Shown in pieces: positions 53,638 to 64,000 of a stretch of 64,000 nt of DNA; position 1 is the stretch's first letter; each line of letters opens with the position of its first letter. The position numbers and the translations under genes were made by a program. Source of the DNA: Eledone cirrhosa (lineage: Eukaryota); NCBI GenBank assembly GCA_964016885.1, contig OZ024742.1, positions 202,182,001-202,246,000 of the forward strand, read 5' to 3'. The notes below the pieces were generated by a model that was not told the origin of the DNA, made no database searches, and saw nothing but the letters and a program-made list of their open reading frames with translations.

Positions 53638-56600
53638 ATTGGTGTTGTTATTGTTGATGTTGGTGTTGTTATTGTTGATGTTGGTGTTGTTATTGTTGGT
53701 GTTGATGTTGTTATTGTTGATGTTGGTGTTGTTATTGTTGATGTTGGTGTTGTTATTGTTGATGTTGGTGTTGTTAATGTTGATGTTGGTGTTGTTATTG
53801 TTGATGTTGGTGTTGTTATTGTTGATGTTGGTGTTGTTGATGTTGGTGTTGTTAATGTTGATGTTGGTGTTGTTATTGTTGATGTTGGTGTTGTTATTGT
53901 TGATGTTGGTGTTGTTATTGTTGATGTTGGTGTTGTTGATGTTGGTGTTGTTAATGTTGATGTTGGTGTCGTTAATGTTGGTGTTGTTATTGTTGATGTT
54001 GGTGTTGTTAATGTTGGTGTTGGTGTTGTTGATGTTGGTGTTGTTATTGTTGATGTTGGTGTTGTTAATGTTGATGTTGGTGTTGTTATTGTTGATGTTG
54101 GTGTTGTTATTGTTGATGTTGGTGTTGGTGTTGTTGATGTTGGTGTTGTTATTGTTGATGTTGGTGTTGTTAATGTTGATGTCGGTGTTGTTATTGTTGA
54201 TGTTGGTGTTGTTAATGTTGATGTTGGTGTCGGTAATGTTGATGTTGGTGTTGTTATTGTTGATGTTGGTGTTCTTATAGTTGATTTTGGTGTTGTTAAT
54301 GTTGATGTTGGTGTTGTTATTGTTGATGTTGGTGTTGTTAATGTTGATGTTGGTGTTGTTAATGTTGGTGTTGGTGTTGTTGATGTTGATGTTGGTGTTG
54401 TCATTGTTGATGTGATTGTTGAAGTTGGTGTTGTTAATGTTGATGTTGGTGTTGTTATTGTTGATGTTGGTGTTATTATTGTTGATGTTGGTGTTGTTAT
54501 TGTTGATGTTGTTAATGTTGATGTTGGTGTTGTCATTGTTGATGTGATTGTTGATGTTGGTGTTGTCAATGTTGATGTTGGTGTTGCTAATGTTGATGTT
54601 GGTGTTGTTATTGTTGATGTTGGTGTTGTTATTGTTTATGTTGGTGTTGTTATTGTTGATGTTGGTGTTGTTAATGTTGATGTTGCTAATGTTGATGTTG
54701 GTGTTGTTATTGTTTATGTTGGTGTTGTTATTGTTTATGTTGGTGTTGTTATTGTTGATGTAGGTGTTGTTAATGTTGATGTTGGTGTTGTTATTGTTGA
54801 TGTTGGTGTTGTCAATGTTGATGTTGGTGTTGCTAATGTTGATGTTGGTGTTGTTATTGTTGATGTTGGTGTTGTTATTGTTTATGTTGGTGTTGTTATT
54901 GTTGATGTAGGTGTTGTTAATGTTGATGTTGGTGTTGTTATTGTTGATGTAGGTGTTGTTAAAGTTGATGTTGGTGTTGTTATTGTTGATGTTGGTGTTG
55001 TTATTGTTGATGTTGGTGTTGTTAATGTTGATGTTGGTGTTGTTAATGTTGATGTTGGTGTTGTTATTGTTGATGTTGGTGTTGTTATTGTTGATGTTGG
55101 TGTTGTTAATGTTGGTGTTGGTGTTGTTAATGTTGATGTTGGTGTTGTTATTCTTTATGTTGGTGTTGTTATTGTTGATGTTGGTGTTGTTATTGTTGGT
55201 GTTGGTGTTGTTGATGTTGGTGTTGTTAATGTTGGTGTTGGTGTTGTTAATGTTGATGTTGGTGTTGTTATTCTTGATGTTGGTGTTGTTATTGTTGATG
55301 TTGGTGTTGTTATTGTTGGTGTTGGTGTTGTTAATGTTGGTGTTGGTGTTGTTAATGTTGATGTTGGTGTTGTTAATGTTGATGTTGGTGTTGTTAATGT
55401 TGGTGATGGTGTTGTTAATATAGATGTTGGTGTTGTTGATGTTGATGTTGGTGTTGTTATTGTTGATGTTGGTGTTGTTATTGTTGATGTTGGTGTTGAT
55501 ATTGTTGATGTTGGTGTTGTTATTGTTGATGTTGGTGTTGTTAATGTTGATGTTGGTGTTGGTGTTGTTATTGTTGATGTTGGTGTTGTTAATGTTGATG
55601 TTGGTGTTGTTAATGTTGGTGTTGGTGTTGTTAATATTGATGTTGGTGTTGTTGATGTTGATGTTGGTGTTGTTATTGTTGATGTTGGTGTTGTTAATGT
55701 TGATGTTGGTGTTGTTAATGTTGATGTTGGTGTTGTTAATGTTGGTGTTGGTGTTGTTAATATTGATGTTGGTGTTGTTGATGTTGATGTTGGTGTTGTT
55801 ATTGTTGATGTTGGTGTTGTTATTGTTGATGTTGGTGTTGTTGTTGTTGATGTTGGTGTTGTTATTGTTGATGTTGGTGTTGTTAATGTTGATGTTGGTG
55901 TTGTTATTGTTGATATTGGTGTTGTTATTGTTGATGTTGGTGTTGTTATTGTTGATGTTGGTGTTGTTAATGTTGATGTCGGTGTTGTTATTGTTGATGT
56001 TGGTGTTGTTAATGTTGATGTTGGTGTCGTTAATGTTGATGTTGGTGTTGTTATTGTTGATGTTGGTGTTGTTATTGTTGATTTTGGTGTTGTTAATGTT
56101 GATGTTGGTGTTGTTATTGTTGATGTTGGTGTTGTTAATGTTGATGTTGGTGTTGTTAATGTTGGTGTTGGTGTTGTTGATGTTGATGTTGGTGTTGTCA
56201 TCGTTGATGTGATTGTTGAAGTTGGTGTTGTTAATGTTGATGTTGGTGTTGTTAATGTTGATGTTGGTGTTGTTAATGTTGGTGTTGGTCTTGTTAATAT
56301 TGATGTTGGTGTTGTTGATGTTGATGTTGGTGTTGTTATTGTTGATGTTGGTGTTGTTATTGTTGAAGTTGGTGTTCTTATTGTTGATGTTGGTGTTGTT
56401 ATTGTTGATGTTGGTGTTGTTAATGTTGATGTTGGTGTTGTTATTGTTGATGTTGGTGTTGTTATTGTTGATGTTGGTGTTGTTAATGTTGATGTTGGTG
56501 TTGTTAATGTTGATGTTGGTGTTGTTATTGTTGATGTTGGTGTTGTTAATGTTGATGTTGGTGTTGTTATTATTGATGTTGGTGTTGTTATTGTTGATGT

Positions 56601-56999
56601 TGGTGTTGTTATTGTTGATGTTGGTGTTGTTAATTTTGATGTTGGTGTTGTTGATGTTGATGTTGGTGTTGTTATTGTTGATGTTGGTGTTGTTATTGTT
56701 GATGTTGGTGTTGTTGATGTTGGTGTTGGTGTTGTTGATGTTGGTGTTGTTATTGTTGATGTTGGTGTTGTTATTGTTGATGTTGGTGTTGTTGATGTTG
56801 ATGTTGGTGTTGTTAATGTTGATGTTGGTTTCGTTAATGTTGGTGTTGTTATTGTTGATGTTGATGTTGTTAATGTTGATGTTGGTGTTGTTATTGTTGG
56901 TGTTGGTGTTGTTGATGTTGATGTTGGTGTTGTTAATGTTGATGTTGATGTTAGTGTTGTTAATGTTGATGTTGGTGTTGTTAATGTTGGTGTTGTTAT

Positions 57000-59900
57000 T
57001 TTTGATGTAGGTGTTGTTAATGTTGATGTTGGTGTTGTTATTGTTGATGTTGGTGTTGTTGATGTTGATGTTGGTGTTGTTAATGTTGATGTTGATGTTA
57101 GTGTTGTTAATGTTGATGTTGGTGTTGTTAATGTTGATGTTGGTGTTGTTATTGTTGGTGTTGTTATTGTTGATGTTGGTGTTGTTATTGTTGGTGTTGG
57201 TGTTGTTGATGTTGGTGTTGTTATTGTTGATGTTGGTGTTGTTAATGTTGATGTTGGTGTTGTTATTGTTGATGTTGGTGTTGTTAATGTTGATGTTGGT
57301 GTTGTTAATGTTGATGTGTGTGTTGTTATTGTTGATGTTGGTGTTGTTATTGTTGATGTTGGTGTTGTTATAGTTGATGTTGGTGTTGTTATTGTAGATG
57401 TTGGTGTTGTTATTGTTGGTGTTGGTGTTGTTGATGTTGATGTTGGTGTTGTTAATGTTGATGTTGGTGTCGTTAATGTTGGTGCTGTTATAGTTGATGT
57501 TGGTGTTGTTAATGTTGATGTTGGTGTTGTTATTGTTGATGTTGGTGTTGTTATTGTTGATGTTGGTGTTGTTAATGTTGATGTTGGTGTTGTTATTGTT
57601 GATGCTGGTGTTGTTATTGTTTGTGTTGGTGTTGTTGATGTTGATGTTGGTGTTGTTGATGTTGATGTTGGTGTTGTTAATGTTGATGTTGGTGTTGTTA
57701 TTGTTGATGTTGGTGTTGTTAATGTTGATGTTGGTGTTGTTAATGTTGATGTTGGTGTTGTTATTGTTGATGTTGGTGTTGTTATTGTTGATGTTGGTGT
57801 GGTTATTGTTGATGTTGGTGTTGTTAATGTTGGTGTTGGTGTTGTTAATGTTGATGTTGGTGTTGTTATTGTTGATGTTGGTGTTGTTAATGTTGATGTT
57901 GGTGTTGTTATTGTTGATGTTGGTGTTGTTAATGTTGGTGTTGGTGTTGTTAATGTTGATGTTGGTGTTGTTAATGTTGATGTTGGTGTTGTTAATGTTG
58001 GTGTTGGTGTTGTTAATGTTGATGTTGGTGTTGTTATTGTTGATGTTGGTGTTGTTAATGTTGATGTTGGTGTTGTTAATGTTGATGTTGGTGTTGTTAA
58101 TGTTGATGTTGTTGTTGTTAATGTTGATGTTGGTGTTGTTATTGTTTATGTTAGTGTTGTTATTGTTGATGTTGGTGTTGTTATTGTTGATGTTGGTGTT
58201 GTTAATGTTGATGTTGGTGTTGTTAATGTTGATGTTGGTGTTCTTGATGTTGGTGTTGTTAATGTTGATGTTGGTGTTGTTAATGTTGATGTTGGTGTTG
58301 TTATTGTTGATGTTGGTGTTGTTAATGTTGATGTTGGTGTTGTTAATGTTGATGTTGGTGTTGTTGATGTTGGTGTTGTTAATGTTGATTTTGGTGTTGT
58401 TATTGTTGATGTTGGTGTTGTTATTGTTGATGTTGGTGTTGTTAATGTTGATGTTGGTGTTGTTATTGTTGATGTTGGTGTTGTTAATGTTGATGTTGGT
58501 GTTGTTATTGTTGATGTTGGTGTTGTTATTGTTGATGTTGGTGTTGTTATTGTTGATGTTGGTGTTGTTAATGTTGATGTTGGTGTTGTTATTGTTGATG
58601 TTGGTGTTGTTAATGTTGATGTTGGTGTTGTTATTGTTGATGTTGGTGTTGTTATTGTTGATGTTGGTGTTGTTATTGTTGGTGTTGCTATTGTTGATGT
58701 TGGTGTTGTTATTGTTGATGTTGGTGTTGTTATTGTTGATGTTGGTGTTGTTAATGTTGATATTTGTGTTGTTATTTTTGATGTTGGTGTTGTTAATGTT
58801 GATGTTGGTGTTGTTAATGTTGATGTTGGTGTTGTTGATGTTGGTGTTGTTAATGTTGATGTTGGTGTTGTTATTGTTGATGTTGGTGTTGTTATTGTTG
58901 ATGTTGGTGTTGTTATTGTTGATGTTGGTGTTGTTATTGTTTATGTTGGTGTTGTTATTGTTGATGTGGTGTTGTTAATGTTGATGTTGGTGTTGTTATT
59001 GTTGATGTTGGTGTTGTTATTGTTGATGTTGGTGTTGTTATTGTTGATGTTGGTGTTGTTAATGTTGATGTTGGTGTTGTTATTGTTGATGTTGGTGTTG
59101 TTATTGTTGATGTTGGTGTTGTTATTGTTGATGTTGGTGTTGTTAATGTTGATGTTGGTGTTGTTGATGTTGATGTTGGTGTTGTTATTGTTGATGTTGG
59201 TGTTGTTATTGTTGATGTTGGTGTTGTTGATGTTGGTGTTGGTGTTGTTGATGTTGTTATTGTTGATGTTGGTGTTGTTATTGTTGATGTTGGTGTTGTT
59301 ATTGTTGATGTTGGTGTTGTTATTGTTGGTGTTGGTGTTGTTGATGTTGGTGTTGTTATTGTTGATGTTGGTGTTGTTAATGTTGATGTTGGTGTTGTTA
59401 TTGTTGATGTTGGTGTTGTTAATGTTGATGTTGGTGTTGTTAATGTTGATGTGTGTGTTGTTATTGTTGATGTTGGTGTTGTTATTGTTGATGTTGGTGT
59501 TGTTATAGTTGATGTTGGTGTTGTTATTGTAGATGTTGGTGTTGTTATTGTTGGTGTTGGTGTTGTTGATGTTGATGTTGGTGTTGTTAATGTTGATGTT
59601 GGTGTCGTTAATGTTGGTGCTGTTATAGTTGATGTTGGTGTTGTTAATGTTGATGTTGGTGTTGTTATTGTTGATGTTGGTGTTGTTATTGTTGATGTTG
59701 GTGTTGTTAATGTTGATGTTGGTGTTGTTATTGTTGATGCTGGTGTTGTTATTGTTTGTGTTGGTGTTGTTGATGTTGATGTTGGTGTTGTTGATGTTGA
59801 TGTTGGTGTTGTTAATGTTGATGTTGGTGTTGTTATTGTTGATGTTGGTGTTGTTAATGTTGATGTTGGTGTTGTTAATGTTGATGTTGGTGTTGTTATT

Positions 59901-62900
59901 GTTGATGTTGGTGTTGTTATTGTTGATGTTGGTGTGGTTATTGTTGATGTTGGTGTTGTTAATGTTGGTGTTGGTGTTGTTAATGTTGATGTTGGTGTTG
60001 TTATTGTTGATGTTGGTGTTGTTAATGTTGATGTTGGTGTTGTTATTGTTGATGTTGGTGTTGTTAATGTTGGTGTTGGTGTTGTTAATGTTGATGTTGG
60101 TGTTGTTAATGTTGATGTTGGTGTTGTTAATGTTGGTGTTGGTGTTGTTAATGTTGATGTTGGTGTTGTTATTGTTGATGTTGGTGTTGTTAATGTTGAT
60201 GTTGGTGTTGTTAATGTTGATGTTGGTGTTGTTAATGTTGATGTTGTTGTTGTTAATGTTGATGTTGGTGTTGTTATTGTTTATGTTAGTGTTGTTATTG
60301 TTGATGTTGGTGTTGTTATTGTTGATGTTGGTGTTGTTAATGTTGATGTTGGTGTTGTTAATGTTGATGTTGGTGTTCTTGATGTTGGTGTTGTTAATGT
60401 TGATGTTGGTGTTGTTAATGTTGATGTTGGTGTTGTTATTGTTGATGTTGGTGTTGTTAATGTTGATGTTGGTGTTGTTAATGTTGATGTTGGTGTTGTT
60501 GATGTTGGTGTTGTTAATGTTGATTTTGGTGTTGTTATTGTTGATGTTGGTGTTGTTATTGTTGATGTTGGTGTTGTTAATGTTGATGTTGGTGTTGTTA
60601 TTGTTGATGTTGGTGTTGTTAATGTTGATGTTGGTGTTGTTATTGTTGATGTTGGTGTTGTTATTGTTGATGTTGGTGTTGTTATTGTTGATGTTGGTGT
60701 TGTTAATGTTGATGTTGGTGTTGTTATTGTTGATGTTGGTGTTGTTAATGTTGATGTTGGTGTTGTTATTGTTGATGTTGGTGTTGTTATTGTTGATGTT
60801 GGTGTTGTTATTGTTGGTGTTGTTATTGTTGATGTTGGTGTTGTTATTGTTGATGTTGGTGTTGTTATTGTTGATGTTGGTGTTGTTAATGTTGATATTT
60901 GTGTTGTTATTTTTGATGTTGGTGTTGTTAATGTTGATGTTGGTGTTGTTAATGTTGATGTTGGTGTTGTTGATGTTGGTGTTGTTAATGTTGATGTTGG
61001 TGTTGTTATTGTTGATGTTGGTGTTGTTATTGTTGATGTTGGTGTTGTTATTGTTGATGTTGGTGTTGTTATTGTTGATGTTGGTGTTGTTATTGTTTAT
61101 GTTGGTGTTGTTATTGTTGATGTGGTGTTGTTAATGTTGATGTTGGTGTTGTTATTGTTGATGTTGGTGTTGTTATTGTTGATGTTGGTGTTGTTATTGT
61201 TGATGTTGGTGTTGTTAATGTTGATGTTGGTGTTGTTATTGTTGATGTTGGTGTTGTTATTGTTGATGTTGGTGTTGTTATTGTTGATGTTGGTGTTGTT
61301 AATGTTGATGTTGGTGTTGTTGATGTTGATGTTGGTGTTGTTATTGTTGATGTTGGTGTTGTTATTGTTGATGTTGGTGTTGTTGATGTTGGTGTTGGTG
61401 TTGTTGATGTTGTTATTGTTGATGTTGGTGTTGTTATTGTTGATGTTGGTGTTGTTATTGTTGATGTTGGTGTTGTTGATGTTGATGTTGGTGTTGTTAA
61501 TGTTGATGTTGGTGTCGTTAATGTTGGTGTTGCTATTGTTGATGTTGATGTTGTTAATGTTGATGTTGGTGTTGTTATTGTTGGTGTTGGTGTTGTTGAT
61601 GTTGATGTTGGTGTTGTTAATGTTGATGTTGATGTTAGTGTTGTTAATGTTGATGTTGGTGTTGTTAATGTTGGTGTTGTTATTGTTGATGTAGGTGTTG
61701 TTAATGTTGATGTTGGTGTTGTTATTGTTGATATTGGTGTTGTTGATGTCGATGTTGGTGTTGTTAATGTTGATGTTGATGTTAGTGTTGTTAATGTTGA
61801 TGTTGGTGTTGTTAATGTTGATGTTGGTGTTGTTATTGTTGGTGTTGTTATTGTTGATGTTGGTGTTGTTAGTGTTGGTGTTGGTGTTGTTGATGTTGGT
61901 GTTGTTATTGTTGATGTTGGTGTTGTTAATGTTGATGTTGGTGTTGTTATTGTTGATGTTGGTGTTGTTAATGTTGATGTTGGTGTTGTTAATGTTGATG
62001 TTGGTGTTGTTGTTGTTGATGTTGGTGTTGTTATTGTTGATGTTGGTGTTGTTATTGTTGATGTTGGTGTTGTTATTGTTGGTGTTGGTGTTGTTGATGT
62101 TGATGTTGGTGTTGTTAATGTTGATGTTGGTGTCGTTAATGTTGGTGTTGTTATAGTTGATGTTGGTGTTGTTAATGTTGATGTTGGTGTTGTTATTGTT
62201 GATGTTGGTGTTGTTATTGTTGATGTTGGTGTTGTTATTGTTGATGTTGGTGTTGTTAATGTTGATGTTGGTGTTGTTATTGTTGATGTTGGTGTTGTTA
62301 ATGTTGATGTTGGTGTTGTTATTGTTGATGTTGGTGTTGTTATTGTTGATCTTGGTGTTGTTATTGTTGATGTTGGTGTTGTTATTGTTGATGTTGGTGT
62401 TGTTATTGTTGATGTTGGTGTTGTTATTGTTGATGTTGGTGTTGTTAATGTTGATATTTGTGTTGTTATTGTTGATGTTGGTGTTGTTAATGTTGATGTT
62501 GGTGTTGTTAATGTTGATGTTGGTGTTGTTGATGTTGGTGTTGTTAATGTTGATGTTGGTGTTGTTATTGTTGATGTTGGTGTTGTTATTGTTGATGTTG
62601 GTGTTGTTATTGTTGATGTTGGTGTTGTTATTGTTGATGTTGGTGTTGTTATTGTTTATGTTGGTGTTGTTATTGTTGATGTGGTGTTGTTAATGTTGAT
62701 GTTGGTGTTGTTATTGTTGATGTTGGTGTTGTTATTGTTGATGTTGGTGTTGTTATTGTTGATGTTGGTGTTGTTAATGTTGATGTTGGTGTTGTTATTG
62801 TTGATGTTGGTGTTGTTATTGTTGATGTTGGTGTTGTTATTGTTGATGTTGGTGTTGTTAATGTTGATGTTGGTGTTGTTGATGTTGATGTTGGTGTTGT

Positions 62901-64000
62901 TATTGTTGATGTTGGTGTTGTTATTGTTGATGTTGGTGTTGTTGATGTTGGTGTTGGTGTTGTTGATGTTGGTGTTGTTATTGTTGATGTTGGTGTTGTT
63001 ATTGTTGATGTTGGTGTTGTTATTGTTGATGTTGGTGTTGTTGATGTTGATGTTGGTGTTGTTAATGTTGATGTTGGTGTCGTTAATGTTGGTGTTGCTA
63101 TTGTTGATGTTGATGTTGTTAATGTTGATGTTGGTGTTGTTATTGTTGGTGTTGGTGTTGTTGATGTTGATGTTGGTGTTGTTAATGTTGATGTTGATGT
63201 TAGTGTTGTTAATGTTGATGTTGGTGTTGTTAATGTTGGTGTTGTTATTGTTGATGTAGGTGTTGTTAATGTTGATGTTGGTGTTGTTATTGTTGATGTT
63301 GGTGTTGTTGATGTTGATGTTGGTGTTGTTAATGTTGATGTTGATGTTAGTGTTGTTAATATTGATGTTGGTGTTGTTAATGTTAATGTTGGTGTTGTTA
63401 TTGTTGGTGTTGTTATTGTTGATGTTGGTGTTGTTATTGTTGGTGTTGGTGTTGTTGATGTTGGTGTTGTTATTGTTGATGTTGGTGTTGTTAATGTTGA
63501 TGTTGGTGTTGTTATTGTTGATGTTGGTGTTGTTAATGTTGATGTTGGTGTTGTTAATGTTGATGTTGGTGTTGTTATTGTTGATGTTGGTGTTGTTATT
63601 GTTGATGTTGGTGTTGTTATTGTTGATGTTGGTGTTGTTATTGTAGATGTTGGTGTTTTTATTGTTGGTGTTGGTGTTGTTGATGTTGATGTTGGTGTTG
63701 TTAATGTTGATGTTGGTGTCGTTAATGTTGGTGTTGTTAATGTTGATGTTGGTGTTGTTATTGTTGATGTTGGTGTTGTTATTGTTGATGTTGGTGTTGT
63801 TAATGTTGATGTTGGTGTTGTTATTGTTGATGTTGGTGTTGTTATTGTTTGTGTTGGTGTTGTTGATGTTGATGTTGGTGATGTTGATGTTGATGTTGGT
63901 CTTGTTAATGTTGGTGTTGTTATTGTTGATGTTGGTGTTGTTAATGTTGATGTTGGTGTTGTTAATGTTGGTGTTGGTGTTGTTGATGTTGGTATTGTTA
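57000..64000. repeat. Set of ~2.1-kb and ~1.56-kb imperfect higher-order copies
   Basis: 57494/59629 (+2135) and 58978/61134 (+2156, one extra unit). The GATGTGGT 1-bp deletion recurs at ~58967, 61123 and 62682. Boundaries are approximate. Confidence 0.75.

Larger units (their letters stand above)
4474..64000. repeat. ~59.5-kb 21-bp satellite built from GTT-like triplets (roughly 2,800 units), continues past window end
   Basis: Consensus GTT GAT GTT GGT GTT GTT A(A/T)T, with 15-bp and other triplet-multiple length variants. The plus strand has almost no C. The minus strand reads TTPTST(I/L) or NNTNIN(N/I). Confidence 0.99.

Noticed and set aside
4063-63646. Giant ORFs (poly-N/I/T, V/D/G-rich, L/M/V-rich; up to 7933 aa)
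   Set aside because: The triplet-based unit lacks stops in most frames on both strands. The ORFs switch composition at frameshifts and show no domain structure.
4474-64000. Canonical telomerase repeat or G-quadruplex array
   Set aside because: Essentially no GGG runs, heterogeneous units and kb-scale duplications fit a recombination-driven satellite better.

Overview
Eukaryotic-looking, repeat-dominated window with no credible protein-coding gene. Layout: (i) 1-1925 homogeneous 26-bp tandem array, decaying at 1926-2930 into old ~24-26-bp copies; (ii) a ~1.5-kb AT-rich spacer (2931-4473) with (TA)n tracts, a 298-bp near-perfect palindrome, a 3x33-bp repeat and four hammerhead-ribozyme (HHR) motifs of three distinct sequence types, read by eye. 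Each HHR lies upstream of a TA tract and most precede AATAAA, which resembles Penelope-like retroelement (PLE) pseudo-LTR remnants; (iii) 4474-64000 a ~59.5-kb, almost C-free 21-bp satellite (GTTGATGTTGGTGTTGTTAWT) with nested kb-scale tandem duplications (4503, 2460, 10165, ~2135 bp). Its minus strand reads as mucin-like TTPTST(I/L), but this frame has in-frame stops and frameshifts, so the giant ORFs are treated as repeat artefacts. The ribozyme cluster in the spacer is the most interesting signal. All structures and identities were assessed manually, without computation or database searches.
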